In this document: positions 1-14,029 of the stretch, in pieces
How positions within the stretch are numbered: the stretch's first letter is position 1
How the letters are laid out: every line of letters starts with the position of its first letter
NCBI GenBank assembly: GCA_964016885.1
Contig: OZ024744.1
Span: 96,906,001 to 96,970,000, forward strand
DNA from: Eledone cirrhosa
Lineage: Eukaryota
Length of the DNA stretch: 64,000 bases
Direction of reading: 5' to 3'
The notes under the pieces: model-generated
Databases searched by the model: none
What the model was told of the DNA's origin: nothing
The model's input: only the letters and a program-made list of their open reading frames with translations
Position numbers and translations under genes: made by a program

Positions 1-144
1 TACTTTATTTTATCGACCCCCGTAAGGATGAAAGGCAAAGTTAACCTCGGCGGGATTTGAACTCAGACCGCAAAGGGACGTAACTCTATGCTTCAAATCA
101 TTGTGTCCGACTCTCTATCGATACTGCCAATCCACTGAACACAA

Positions 145-167
145 AATAATAATAATAATAATAATAA

Positions 168-198
<31 letters not shown>

Positions 199-430
199 GA
201 GGAGGAGGAGGAGGAGCAGGATGAGGAGGAGGAGGAGGAGAATGAGAAGAATGAGAAGAAGAAGAAGAAGAAGAAGAAGAAGAAGAAGAAGAAGAAGAAG
301 AAGAGAAAGAAGAAAAAGAGAAAGAAGATAAAAAAGAAAAAGAAGAGGAAGAAGCACAACAACAACAACAACAACAACAATAACGGCAATAACAACACCA
401 ACAACAATAACAGCAACAGTAACAGCAACA
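145..430. repeat. Compound trinucleotide microsatellite (TAA/GAA/GAG/CAA)
   Basis: Read directly from the sequence. Confidence 0.95.
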
Positions 431-769
431 GTATGTGGTCGGTCAAAATATTTAACAGGGTAGCAAAGAAATTTAATAAAATACTTGACAATCGAAACTA
501 ACACCTGACTGCACCATGGGAGGAGGAGGGGGGCTGTTCGTGGTAGAATCGTAATCTCAAACGTGAAAGACACAGCAGCCTCTCTTCCTCGCCCCCCCCC
601 CCCCCCCCCATAAAAAAACTTCACCCTCATAACCTACCTTCCTACAACCTCCAATAAAATCTTAATTGCAATATCACAGAACTTATGTAAATGCCCACAA
701 AGAAACAACACAAAAAAAACAAAAAAAAAACAAAAAAACACCCCAATATACAAACAAACGAAAAAAAAA

Positions 770-915
770 CCTGTCTCACGAAGAGAAGAAAAGATGCTGC
801 AAAGGTGCTTATAGCAATAAAGATCAATTACTGATCAACAATGCCATAATCGAAGACTACAAAAGGAGAAAGAAAATCTGGGCATGGCATGGATTGATTA
901 AGGGAAGGCTTTTGA
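770..915 (+). mobile_element. R4/Dong-like RLE LINE RT fragment
   Basis: Translation EEKKRCCKGAYSNKDQLLINNAIIED resembles the R4-type RT motif EQKGC...KDQLLIN; frameshifted AWID..KAFD follows. Confidence 0.7.
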
Positions 916-1274
916 CAATATTTTGTGGTGCTATAAATATCTTTATTCAGAGAATAAGAATATTTATTGCATTGCTTTAACAAATATAGTCTGCCTGTAT
1001 ACTGAGTGAGTGGAACTTATTGATCATATTGTAGTAGGTTATAAAAGGTTAGCTCTTAAAGAATACAAATGATCGCATATTAAGCCGCAATTTTCGTTGG
1101 TCATATTATAAAGTCTTTTTTGAGGGTGGTGGATTGGCAGTATCGGTAGAGGGTCGGACGCCATGCTTTGCAGCATAGACTTACGGCCCTTTATGATCTG
1201 ATGTCAAATCTCGCATATTACAGAACACAACTGTGTGTGTGTATTGGTCTTCTTCTTCTCCTTCATCTTCTTCT

Positions 1275-2080
1275 TCGGAAGAACTTTCGGGCCGGGGCCT
1301 ATGGACAATTTCCAGAAATCCCTGGCCTGGGCAGTGCTACCGAGAGGAGCTTTTCCAGTTCGGGATAAACTCTACAGCCATGAAAGTGCCGTCAGCCGGG
1401 CCTGTCCGAGATGCGCGCAGGGCGACGAAAACGTCCTGCATGCACTCGTCCAGTGTCCGAGCATTGCTGACTTGTGGGTTTATGTCGAACACTTGCTGTC
1501 GCGTGTAGCACGGATCCGGTTATCAGCTGAATACATCGTGAGGATTGCCCCGCCCTCTTCCTTTAGCCGGGAAGGGCAGGCAATTTTTATCTGTCTGGTG
1601 GCCATGGCGAAAGAGATAGTATGGTGGACACGTTTGAAAGGGCTTAAGACGAGCACTTACCTCTTCGGTGATGCCGTGATTAACTTTTTCAAATTTCATT
1701 TAAAAAGGAAAATCAGGGTAGAGAGGGAAGTGCTCTCTTCCCAGCATTTTGTTGAAAGATGTGTGAAAGAGGCAAGAATGGCCCGTGTAAATGGGCCTAC
1801 TCTGAGTATGTGCCTGTAAATTGAAGGTGGAAAACTGAGAGAGGGCACTTGCCCTGGTGGTCAGGGTCACTGTGGCTTTTTTAATGGGCTTTCTCCACGA
1901 ATGTCCCTCGAAAGTCTCCCCCCTGTTGGGGAATGTTTTTTTTTTCTTTTTTTTTTTTATTACATCCTCTGTTTTTGTTTTTTTACACGCAGAAATGCCC
2001 ATTTGTACCGTCCTGTATTGTCCTGTATTGTCCTTAATGTCTTACTTTGTGTAAACCCTTGTGGTTAATAAAGAAAACAT
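1275..2080 (+). mobile_element. 5'-truncated Tx1-type LINE 3' end (related subfamily)
   Basis: ORF 1235..1819 is highly similar to 7327..7938 (RGAFPVRDKL, CPRC, HALVQCP). The 3'UTR ends AATAAA followed by (TTA)n. Confidence 0.9.
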
Positions 2081-2103
2081 TATTATTATTATTATTATTA
2101 TTA

Positions 2104-2904
2104 CAGTTGCATTTATCTTGCTTTATGTTCATACGAGTTATCACCAAGTCACAACCAGTGACCTCAAGAGACAACAAGGTCCGCCATGTTCAAGAAAGAA
2201 CATACATACACACTCATGCATCTTTAGGTGTTTAGACTTGTGATATACTTATATTGACAGAATCTTCCTTAGTATATGGGCAGTTCCCATTAGTACTATC
2301 TTTTGTATTTCTCCTACGTGGGTTTCCTGGGATTTGCGATAAGTAATCATTAGACCTCTTAGGTATCATTCCTAGAGCGCCTACAACCACTGGTATTGTT
2401 TTAGTTCTCAATTTCCCCATTTTTCCAATTTCTATCTCCAGGTCTTTATACTTGCTCAATTTTTCAACTGTTTTTATAGATACATTCTTGTCTATTGGAA
2501 CGGACATATCAATTAGCAGGCATACCCTCTTTTTAAAGTCCTTCAGTATTATATCAGGTCTATTTGCATTTTTCGGTCTGTTTGGATGCTAAAGTTCCAC
2601 AAGAAGTACGGGAGGTGGTTGATGCTCCCACCAATTCTTTTGATGGGGCAGGTCAAAATGCTTACACATTATCCAATGTATGTATTGTGCAGCTCTGTCA
2701 TGCCTGTTTAGGTATTCGGTTGGAGTTATAGTACTGCACATTGAAATTATATGATCAATGGTCTCTGGTTAATTTTTTACATACACGGCATAATGGGTTG
2801 CCTCCATTTTTTATTATGTTGGCTTGGTAATTTTTTGTTGGCAGACACTGATCGTGTGCTGATATAAATAATCAGTCCTTCAGTCTCCGATTTCAGTCCA
2901 GAGG
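2104..2904 (-). mobile_element. R4/Dong-like RLE LINE 3' fragment
   Basis: Reverse-complement copy of ~45760-46570 (SSGLKSETEG, RPDII, KLSKYKDL), ending in (TAA)n. Confidence 0.88.
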
Positions 2905-3163
2905 ATAACAGCGACAGTGATAACAACAACACCAACAACAACACCAACAAGAACAACGACAACGACAACCCCAACGAAAACAAGAAGAACACTTTCGCTG
3001 CGGCAGCAGCAAAAAAGAGGCAATGCTTCAACATGGATCTCTCAAACAAAGAAAAAAAGTTGGCCCAGGCATGGAAGTTCATCAAGCAAGAGCAAACCTG
3101 GGCCAACTTAACTGTCCCGGTAGAAGCTATTGAGGCAGTGGAGCGCAGAACGGTGCATTATAG

Positions 3164-3868
3164 ATGCATCTCAGCACAAATAAAAGAGCAGCTTTAATCC
3201 CACACCCAGATGTTGAAGTCACGCTGATGTGCATCAGAGAAGACACCGAATACATTGAGAGGGATAGACAGTACGGCACCATTTCGGTATTGTTCAAGTC
3301 AGAAACCCTCGCTATGAAACACGCTATGACTCCTTGCAAAACCAGCAAGGTCATAATGTACCCCTCCCACATGGGAAAAAGAACGGCCCGTCTCCGCATT
3401 CCCAGAATCCCACCAGGGCTTGACATGTGGTGGCTTCTGGGATGTGTGATTGTGGAGAGGACGGATACCGTCCCTATAGAAGTGACCAGAACGGCCAGAG
3501 AGGACTTGTCCGGGATCCTTCTCCAGATCAGGCCCGAGAATGTGAAGACAATCCCGGACCACATCCGCCTTCAGAATGGGACGGTCATTCACATTATGAC
3601 TGAAGGCAAAAGGCCGCAGTGTTTTGTTTGTGGGGAAAAAACCCATTTGCGAGCCTTCTACCCTCAACTGCTGAAAGAGGCAAGGGGTCGAAGGCTCCAC
3701 TGCTTCCGACGCCGGGGCGAGGACCACAACCAACACCAGCACCGGCAAAAACCACCAACAACAACACCAATAGAAAGACCACCACCAACATTGACCACCC
3801 AGGGGGGAAACGAGGAAAGCTGTCAAATTCCCCCTCCCCCCAAAATACACACACCAATAAAACCATAA
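3164..3868 (+). pseudogene. Tx1-type ORF1 (gag-like) remnant
   Basis: Degenerate zinc knuckle CFVCGEKTHLRAFY (CX2CX4HX4C with the last C changed to Y), followed by a T/K/P/Q low-complexity region upstream of ORF2. Confidence 0.7.
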
Positions 3869-4579
3869 ACATACAGACACACTTACAGACACAGACCCCT
3901 CATCTACCAGTAGTGAAGATGAGGGAAAACCCAAATCCCCCAAAATACAAAAAAGGAAACACAAAAAGAAAAAAAAACCTCAACAAAGCACAAAAGCACC
4001 CACAATAAAAAAACGCAGACCACCCACGCAAACATCTCTCAAATAACACCAACATCAACACCACCATCACCATCACCAGGATCCCCCAAACGCAAACAAC
4101 CTAAATAGACGCAAAAACAAATATAAACACAAACATCTGAAACCACAGACACCGCACTCACAACAAACACACACACCCGAAACTACACCACCAAAACCAT
4201 CACCACCACAGCCACGCAAACAAATAAAATCACACCAACAAAACATACAAAACTTCGTGCTCGTCAGGAGGGTCAACAAGGAACTGATGGCCCTCGTAGC
4301 ACCAAGTGAAAATATGCAAAAAGAGGGGGAAATTTTTAAATCGAGCACATTTCGCGTGCCGGAAGATTTGGTTCTGGTGCGAATGTCGATCGATTTATAT
4401 AAAGAAATACGAGACAGCTTTCCTCGGGACGTGGGAACCCCGAACGTAAAACCAACTTCAAGACTTTTAAAGGGGTTCCCAAAAGAAACCCCACCAACTA
4501 TGGAGGTCGAACAACCCGACCTTCACAAGAGCCCGGAAGGTAAGTAAACCTTTCCTCTCTTTCTTTTTAACCTGCCAAC

Positions 4580-7500
4580 ATGGCCGTATTAAGAGTAGGA
4601 TGTTTAAATGTTCGAGGATTGTCCTGGAAGCAGGGTCACCTGCTCAATGACCTCAGGTCTCTAGAAATGGATGTAATTACCGTGAGTGAGACCAGGATTT
4701 CCGACACGCGCGCACTAGCCCCCATTTTCGACGACTATCATATCTTTGTATCTGTTAGCCGGCCGGGAATGGGAGGCGGTGTGGCAGTGCTGTTTAGGAA
4801 AAGCCTGGATCTCAAGGTAAGGTCGATCTTCCGGGACCCGGACGAGAAGTTGGTGGTCCTGGACGTGAACAATAACGAAGATGGTGCCTTTAGACTGGTG
4901 GCCGTCTATGCTCCTACTGGTGCAGGACAGCCGGACTTCCTTAGACGGGTGGAAGCCTTTCTTGGCACGTCTCGCCCTTTACTGTTAGCGGGGGACTGGA
5001 ACGGCATCTTAGACGCACGCTGGGACTGTGTGGGAGTATCCGATAGGAGCGGGGGGTGCAAAAGCCTCAAGAACCTGATCAGCCAGTTCCAACTGTCTGA
5101 CAGGTACCGACTAGATTTCCCTAATGCGCCAGTGTGGACCTGGGCTAACCGCATAGGGTCATCTAGATCGTATATAGACAGGATATTCATTAGGAAAATA
5201 GACAGAAATAGTGTAAGCTGTCCACGTTTTGAAACGGTCGACTATTCAGATCACAAGTTTGTGATCTGTATGGTCGACCTAGATAAGACGGTTAGGTTAG
5301 GACCTGGTTACTGGAAGCTGAACATGTCATTTCCGGCACGTAAGGCTTACAGGGACCAGGTCAACAATTTAGTTAAGAAAAAGTTGACAGGGGGAGTCGT
5401 CAACAATAGATGGTGGGGGCTCTCAAAAGAGAGATTAGAGTAATGTCGATAGAGTTTAGCAAAGAAATAGCGTTAGAGAAAAATAGAAAGTAGGGGGAGT
5501 TGGTAGATAAGTTAGACGAGGCTATTGGTAGTGGCATTGCAACTGACGTGCAGCGGCGAGAATGGCATTACCCATTTCTTCAATGCGAAACACGAAGTTG
5601 CATTGTCAGAGCTAAGGCGCGTACTCTGAGAAACGAGGGAACCAAAGCTGTTCGATGGGCCCGCGTGGCAGAGGCGCAGCGTGGTAATAAAACCACGATT
5701 CGGTCTTTGACGGACCGAGACGGGCACGAGCTGAGCGATTCCAAGAGGATGTGTTAGGCCTTTCGCCAACATTTTGCTCGGTTGTTCGGGGGAAGTGGCG
5801 GGTCAGAGATGGTGGCGGACTTCAGTCCCTACCTCGATGGCTTGCCGCAACTCTCGACGGCTGACGCTGGGCGCTGCGAAAGGCCAATTACTTCAGCCGA
5901 GATTCAGGATGCCCTTGTCGGCTGCATGAGGCGCAAGTCACCCGGTTTGGATGGTCTGCCCTACGAGCTTTACGTAAATATGCCAGACTTGTTCTCCAAT
6001 CTCCTCGAAGCCCTCTACTGCAACTGGCAGCAAAATGGGAGTATTCCCAGTTCTGTGACGCTGATAAGGAAAGACGAGAACAAGAGGGACAAATTAGACA
6101 ATTTCAGGCCCATAACACTGCTCAACACAGAGTTTAAGATTTTGGCCAGGGTGTTAGCGAAGAAGTTGGCGCTTGTCGTCGGGGATTTGGTTGGGGAGGC
6201 GCAAACTTGCACAACCCCAACCAGGTCCATACACGACAACCTCCACCTAATGCGATACATCATAAAGAGGGTAGGGTGTAAACCTGGCTTCGGTGGGGCT
6301 CTGATCAATTTAGATCAATCGAAAGCATTCGATAGGGTCGACCATCGGTACCTAGAGGCTGTCCTCAAGGCGGCTGGCTTCGGCACCTGCTCGATGGTCA
6401 AAATTAATGGCCACCTCTCGGAACCGTTTCAGGTCTCCCAATCGGTCCGTCAAGGGTGCCCTCTCTCCTGCCTTCTGTACGTATTGACTCTCGAGCCTTT
6501 ACTGCGGAAGCTGGAGCTGTTGCAAGGCATCCCGCTCGAACCGGGACGCGGAAAAGCTGTGTCGGCTTATGCGGACGACATCACCGTGATGGCGTCTGAC
6601 ACCTCAGAAATCGAGGTGGTCGGCAACTTATTGGAGGAATATGAAAGGTTGACGAGAGCAAAACTTAACCCGGAAAAGTCGGTAGGCTTGCAACTCGGCA
6701 CCTGGAGAGGCAAGTCCACGCCGTCCAACAGCGTCTTAGGGCGCTGGAGGGACGGACCGGTAAAGTTGCTTGGGGTTTGGTTCGGGCCAGACCTCCAAGT
6801 GGAAAAGAATTGGGACGAGGTGACGGGCAGGGTAGCCAGTCTCACCCAGAAATGGGCTGGGATGAAGCTATCACTGAAAGGTCGGGCCGAGGTGGCGAAC
6901 GCATACATCACGTGCGTCATCTACTACCGTCTGACCGTCGTCCCTTTCCCCCGTTTGCGCCTCGCCATCTTGGAGCGGCTCCTCTTCAAATTCTTGTGGA
7001 GGGGTCAGGTTCCGCTGGTGAGGTGGTCCATCTGCTGCCAGCACCCTCTACGTGGAGAGCTGGGCATGCCGTGGCTAATGATGCGCAGGCACGCGCTGAG
7101 GCTGCGGCAACTCCAGATATTCTGCCTAAACGGTGAACAGGTGTGGCCGCCGTTTGTCAGACGGGCCTTTCCGCAGCTCGTTTCTTTGACTGAGCTGCAG
7201 TCCTGGGTCAAGAAGAGACCGAGACTGGGTGACTGGCATCTGTAATGTTGCCAGGCACTCACTGCCCTCTACCAGGCGAGCAATGCGGTCAGTGGAACTT
7301 CCACCCTCGAGTTCTATAGAGGATTAGTGGTGGGCAAGTGCGACGACGCACTCGGAGAGGCTCTGGGAGTCAACGAAGTCGAACTAACCAGTCTGTACCG
7401 GAGGACTTTCGAGCCGGGGACGATGGATAATTTCCCAAAATCCCTCGCTTGGCAGTGGTACCGGGGGGCACTGCCGGTTCGAGATAAACTCTACAGGCAC

Positions 7501-7938
7501 GGAAGTGCTATCAAACGGACCTGCCCGAGATGCGCGCACAGCGACGAAACCGTTCTGCACGCACTCGTCCAGTGTCCGTGCATTACTGACTTGTGGAGTT
7601 ATGTTGAACAGCTGTTGTCGCGTGTAGAACGGATCCGGCTATCGGCCGAGTCCATAGTGAAAATCGACCCGCCGCCTTCTTTTGGCCAGGAAGGGCAGGC
7701 AATTTTCCTCTGTCTGGTGGCAGTAGCGAAAGAGGTTGTATGGTGGACGAGGTTGAAAGGACTGAAGACAGACACTTTTCTCTTCGGCCAATCCTTCATC
7801 AACTTTTTCAAGTTTCACTTGGAAAGGAAGGTGAGGGTGGAGAGAGAAGTGCTTCCCCCCAGTACATTTGCTGAAAGGTGGGTGAATGTGGCGAGAATGG
7901 CCCGTGTGAGTGGGCCTACTCTGGTCATGCGGCTGTAG
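4580..7938 (+). pseudogene. Tx1-type ORF2 (APE endonuclease, reverse transcriptase, C-terminal zinc motif), split into 4 ORF pieces
   Basis: EN motifs: CLNVRGL, SET, VYAP, GDWN, IDRIF, SDH. RT motifs: KSPGLDG, FRPITLLN, DQSKAFD, RQGCPLS, YADD. C-terminal CPRC...ETVLHALVQC. Confidence 0.93.
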
Positions 7939-8870
7939 GTAGGTAAATTTGAGGAGGAGAGGGGTGCCCTTCCAGAGTGCTCTCGAAGCGTTGGGTCGTT
8001 CAGGACTGGTGGAGTACCTGAGCGAACCCTGGGTGGTCATCTCCCCCTATTGGGGAATTTTTTCTTGTTGTAATTTTCTTGTTACTTTATTGTTACTTTT
8101 TTATTGTTACTTTGTTATTGCTATTCATATTGTTTACTCGATTTTTCTGTAAAACCCCACTGTCCCAGTCTTTTGTATTGTCCCCTATATGTCGGCCCTT
8201 GTGGCCAATAAATGAAATCATTATTATTATTATTATTATTATTTTGTGTTGTCACTACATTACTAAACACAGCTGTGTGTGTCTTGGTCATGTGCAGTGT
8301 TGTTCTATTTCTATTGTATTTCTATGTACTATAATGTAAATATTTGTAAGACATAGGGTTTGGGATATGTATCTGTCTGTGTTACTACTACTACTACTAC
8401 TACTACTACCACTACTACTACTACTACTGTAGCATAGTGTTACGGTCCTTTCTGGTCTGAGTTCAAATCCCACCGAGGTTAATTTTTCTTTTCATCCTTA
8501 CCGTGTCGATAAAATAAAGTACCGGTCACGCACTGGGGTCGATTTAATCGACTTTCCGCTCCCCCAAAATTGTTGGCCTTCTGCCTATATAAGAAACCAT
8601 ATTAGAAAGTCAATTGATGTTACAGCTCAAGCGAATGGTACAATCATGTACCGGAACTTGAAATGATCTTATTGAACTTAGTAAGTCAAAGAATTAGTAA
8701 ATCAAAGACACCTAGCCAGATAGAAGTTTGTAGACCAATAAACCATTATACATAACACAAAAAAAGCCAATGTCTTATACTAGCCGAGGCAATTCCTTCA
8801 GACAAAAAAACACCACAGGCAGACAAAGAAGTAGTTAAGTTGGAAAAAATACTGAATTAAATGTAAAAGT

Positions 8871-9080
8871 GAAGGCGTGTGGCTGAGTGGTTAGAGAACT
8901 GGATTCGCAATCGTGTGGTTGTCAGTTCGATTCCCGGACAGGGCGATGCGTTATGTCCTTGAGCAAGACACTTTATTTCACGTTGCTCCTTCAACCTGGA
9001 GTTGCGACCGATAGATAGTATTAGCAATTGGAAAGACCAACGGAAACATTGTTTCCTCGGTCTGATTTGACGAAAGTCGA
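8871..9080 (+). mobile_element. tRNA-derived SINE family B with CORE-like domain (copies at 25243-25452 + and ~57420-57660 -)
   Basis: A-box TGGCTGAGTGG, B-box GTTCGATTCC, CORE-like TGTCCTTGAGCAAGACACTTTA. Confidence 0.78.
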
Positions 9081-9995
9081 TGGACTAAAAAAAAAATTTA
9101 AAAAACCTAAAAATATCAAGAATGTAGTTATGCCTATCAGCAAAAGTGAAAGTCAGTTTCCCATATCATGGGAGCCTCGGGTTTTTTTCCGAGACATCCT
9201 CATGATAGACAATAGGTGCTCCGGAAATGTTCTTCTCCTTAAAACAGTTCATATTTATTTCTACAAAGGTATTTTCTGTTTCTTAGGAAAGTAAAAATTA
9301 CAATATTTTATAACTATAGTCTACAACGTAGAAAAAAGAATAAACACGGGTACCCAAACGGAAAAACACGGGTACCCAAGAAAAACACTGGTAAATAAAA
9401 GATCCGACTTTATTCATGAAGTCTTGCAAATAAAACAACAAGTATAAATGGAGTGAAACGATTATTTTCCTCTTTTAAGTGCATATTTAAAGACACGCTC
9501 TACCTAAAGAAAGAAACTATGTCAACATACTAGTATCAAATTAGAATATAAAGATAGCCGTGATCTAAATGTAACTTTGGATCGCAACAGGCTAGCTAAT
9601 TAGAGAAAATATATTTTGAACACCCCAACCACAAAGTAGAAAAAAAAAAAAATTATTAAAAAATTCTAAAAAATCAAAGTGGACCATTTAAAAGAAATTT
9701 AAAAAAAACTACATAATGAATGAAACGACTTTTAAAAAAAACAAACAAAAATATAAAACACGGAGAACATAAATCACGTGGACAGACCTAAAATGTAAAA
9801 ACTAAAATAAAATAAAAACGGATAAAACAAATGATAAAACACAACAAACTTAAACACAAGAATACCTACTTTTTTTTAGAAGAAGAAGAAGAAAAACCTA
9901 ACTAGAACAACGTGAACAAAGAAGAGAAATAAAAAGAAACATGGGGGACCTTCTGAAGGTAGATAACCAGTAACATGATAATCTAAAGGAGAAAA

Positions 9996-12900
9996 TATTG
10001 TTTCTACTTTTGGCACAAGGAGGGAAATTACCCCTTACCCCAGGGTATTACTGGTACTTTATTTTATCGATTCCGATAAAGATGAAAAGCAAAGCTACTA
10101 ATCTCGGCGGGATTTGAACTTAGAATGTAAAGGGTCATAACTCCATGCTACAAAGAATGTTGTCCAATGCTCTACCAATTCTGCCAATCCACCGCCCATT
10201 TGGTGTTCTAACTACTAGATGATCATACAAAATAATTGTTTCTACTTTTGGCACAAGGCCAGCAATTACCCAGTACATTACTGGAACTTTATTTTATCGA
10301 CCTTGTAATGATGAAAGGCAAAGTTAACCTCGGCGGGATTTGAACTCAGACCATAAAGGGACGTAACGCTTTGCTGTAAAGTATGGCGTCCGATCCTCTA
10401 CCGATACTAACAAAATAATGATTTCTACTATAGGCACAAGGCCAGTAATTTGGGGGAGGGGAAAATTGATTAAATCGACCCCAGTGCATTACTGGTGCTT
10501 TATTTTATCGACGCCCATAAGGATGAAAGACAAAGCTACTAATCTCGGCGGGATTTGAACTCGGAACGTAAAGGTACATAACTCTATGATACAAAGCATG
10601 GTGTCTGACGCTCTTCCGATTCTGCCAATCGACCGCCCTAAAGGAGAAAATAATGCAAGAATTACAAACAAAAGAAGACCTTATTTTATGTACCGGTCGC
10701 TCTCCGACAGGTTTGCGCTTGTACCCTTGACAGTGGAGACTTCTGGTGCCCTTGGCCCTAGGGCGATCTCCCTACTCACCACCATAGGCGCTGAGCTGGC
10801 CAGCCGCAGGTGTCAGCCTCGCGAGTTGGAATGGCTCTTCCAGCGCATCTCCCTTACCATCCTCCGGGAAAACGCCTTCTCCAATCTGTCCGTCGGGGCT
10901 GTGAGGAGGCCAGCACGTGGGACCCCATTTGCTCACTATCACTAGCTGCCTGTAGCTCGATCACTACCTCAACAATAAAATATTAATAACAGATTAGATA
11001 AAAAAAAAAGCACAAACCAGTCACCTCAGAACACAAGTAGGCAACACGAAATAATAAATACAACACTTAAAAGGAAAATGGATACGTTATAAAATCTACT
11101 CATATAAAAACCTAAATATCAAAAACCTTAGCAAAAAACATAGAGAGGAAATATATATATATATAACATACAGAATATAAGAGAAAATATATCTAAGTCC
11201 TTAATGAAATCAATACCGAAATAGGACAACTAAAATACACTACAGAAATATAATTGTTTCTACTTCTGGCACATCAGCAATTATCCCAGTGTATTACTGG
11301 TACTTTATTTTATCGACCCCCTAAGGATGAAAAGCAAAGTTAACCTCGGTGGGATTTGAACTCAGATCATAAAGGGGCGTAACTCTATACTGCACAGCAT
11401 GGCTCCGACTCTCTACCGATACTGCCAATAATATAATACAAGGCCAGTAATTTGGGGGGAGGAAAAAGTCGATTAAATCGACCCCCCAGTGCGTGACTGA
11501 TACTTTATTTTATCGACCCCGTAAGGATGAAAAGCAAAGTTAACCTCGGTGGGATTTGAACTCAGATCATAAAAGGGCGTAACTCTATTCTGCAAAGCAT
11601 GGCGTCCGACTCTCTTCCGACACTGCCAATAAGATAATGACACATTAAACAACTGTGTACACTGCATATGATTAAAAACAACAACAACAAAAAGAAAACT
11701 ATAACCTCTTCTGTCAAGATGATACGGATTTACTAACGAAATTGGTGGCGGATTCCGAATAATAAATAAACAGGGACAAAAAGATATTATTCGAAATCAA
11801 AAAAACACATTAAACAATAGATCATCGCTATATCGCAATGAATCAATCGGTATCAAAGACAACAGTGATTCTTTGAAAGAAACAAAGTTTGACTTCAACC
11901 TCAAATAATTCTATCAAGAGTTAGGTACACTTATAAATAGAAAGAAACACGACAGCAAAAGTATATAAATCTGTGAAGAAGATTCTGTGTTGCGAAGGAA
12001 TTACTATGAATGAGGTTTTCAAAACAGCCAACACAATATTTGAACTTTCTTTGTTTTGTTTTGTTTTTTCGTTTTATGTCAATGTTATTTAAAAGCAAAA
12101 ATAAAACAAAAACAAAAAAAAAACTTATTTAGTAAGAAAAAAAAGGGGCAAACAAAGGGAAAGAAATAATAGAGAAATATAGAAAGAAAAAAGCGAGAAT
12201 GAAAAAAGAAAAAGAACAGGAATGGGAGGAAAAGGCAAGAGCTCTTGTGTCGCAGAAGAGAGGGGGGAGTGAAAGGGGAGGGTGATTGGGCTTTGGGCCT
12301 TGGGCATAGGGGGCAGAAGTGCTGCGCCTCGCTGACAAGACTGCAAAAGCATTCTCCCACCGGACGATGGTCATGACACCCGCCACCCACCACCCACTGC
12401 AACAGCCACCCCAACCTTGCGGGGGCTCCCTCAAATAGTGTGAATCAATAAAAATAAAAATAACCCGGATGCTTCAAACATTTAAACAGCTGAGTGTGTA
12501 CACTGCTTATGATAAAAAACAAACAACAACAACAAAAAACAAACAAACAAATAAAAAACTAGAACCTCTTCTGTGAAGATGATACGGATTTATTAATGAA
12601 ATTTGTGGCGGATTCTGAATAGCAAAAATGCCTAGAAAATCTTGAAGAGAGGAAAATTGATTAAGAAAACTAATTTCATGATTGATAAATGTTAAAATAT
12701 AAGAGAATTATATCAAACACATTTACACAAATATTTAGGAATTAATCAATTAGACATTGTACGACTCAAGTGAATGAAATTAGTTTGGAAAGAATGTTAT
12801 ATAGATACACTAGATTAATGAATTCTAGTATAGACACAAGGATAATAATTTAGAGGGAGTGGGGAGTCGATTAAATCGATCCCAGTACATTACTGGTACT

Positions 12901-13740
12901 TTATTTATTTTATCGACCCCCCCCCCCCCCCGTAAGGATGAAAGGCAAAGTTAACCTCGGCGGGATTTGAACTCAGACCGTAAAGGACCGTATCTCTATG
13001 CCAAAAAGTATGCTGTCCGACGCTCTTCCGATACTGCCAATCCACCAATCATAATGATTTCTAGTATAGGCACAAGGCCAGTAATTTGGAGGTAAAGTCA
13101 ATTAAATCGACCTCAGTCCATTACTGGTACTTTATATTATCAATCCCCGTCAGGATGAAAGGCAAAGTTAACCTTGGCGGGATTTGAACTCAGAACATAA
13201 AGGGCCGTAACTCTATGCTGTAAAGCATGGTGTCCGACCCTCTACCGATACTGCCAATCTACCGCCCTTACCTTTTGAAATAATGAATTTCTGTATTTGT
13301 TTAATGGCTAAAACAAATAATAGTTTCTTATTTAGGCGCAAGGCCAGAATATTTTGGAGGAGGGAGAAGTTTGATTTAATCGACCCCAGTACATTACTGG
13401 TGCTTTATTTTATCGACCCCCCTATAAAGATGAAAGGCAAAGCTAACCCCAGCGGGATTTGAACTAGAACTTAAAGGGCCGTAACTCCATGCCAAAAAGC
13501 ATGTCGACCGACGCTCTACCGATACTGCCAATCCATCGCCCTTTTGGTGTTCTGACTACTTGATGATCATACAAAATAATAATAATAATAATAATAATAA
13601 TGTTTCTACCTTTGGCACAGGGCCAGTAATTACTCCAGCGCATTGCTGGTACTTTATTTGAATTCAGAACGTAAAGGGCCATAACTATATGCAGCAAAGC
13701 ATGGTATCCGACGCTCTACCGATACTGCCAATCCACTAAT
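9996..13740 (-). mobile_element. Cluster of ~9 copies of abundant tRNA-derived SINE family A
   Basis: Repeated ~190-230 bp unit with head TGGCAGTATCGG, B-box GTTCAAATCC, central GCCTTTCATCCTTACGGGGTCGATAAAATAAAGTACCAG (Meta-domain-like, from memory) and tail GGCCTTGTGCC..AGTAGAAAC. Sub-clusters at 9996-10640, 11252-11630 and 12822-13740. Confidence 0.85.
10690..10945 (+). mobile_element. CRE-like RLE LINE 3' end (other copies at ~55527-55820 and ~50483-50630)
   Basis: YRSLSDRFALVPLTVETSGALGP...LFQRISLTILRENA resembles the CRE-clade C-terminus (P.A.ET.G..G...QR.S.A.QR.NA). Confidence 0.7.
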
Positions 13741-14029
13741 GATAATAAAACGCCAACCTGGCCATCATTGAATATAGACACATATTTAGGCATCAGCAAC
13801 TAAAACAAAATAACATGCGCAGCCATCACTGTAAAAGGGAACTGGGTACTTCCATTTGTTATCTACTCATATAAGAATAAAATCTAAATGACATGGAAAT
13901 ACAGAAAATATAGAAAATGAAATAAAAGATATCTTTATGAAATCAATAATAGAAATATACAACTAATAAAAATACAAAAAAAAAACAAAAAGAATTTGCG
14001 TATTCCAAACAGGTCTGACGTTTCTTGTG

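Larger units (their letters stand above)
2905..8220 (+). mobile_element. Near-full-length L1/Tx1-clade non-LTR retrotransposon, inactivated by stops and frameshifts
   Basis: Order of parts: ORF1-like region with a zinc knuckle, APE endonuclease, RT, C-terminal CCHC-like motif, T-rich 3'UTR with AATAAA, then a (TTA)n tract at ~8221. Confidence 0.92.

Noticed and set aside
93-630. Long low-complexity ORFs (poly-L/F/R; also YIYI, MYVC, HTHT and poly-D/M ORFs across the window)
   Set aside because: They are translations of microsatellites, not genes.
4580-7938. Active RT/endonuclease gene or a novel RT system
   Set aside because: Ordinary Tx1-type ORF2 broken by several stops and frameshifts.
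8871-8945. Functional tRNA gene
   Set aside because: It continues directly into a CORE-like SINE body, recurs at 25243, and lacks a proper acceptor stem and terminator.
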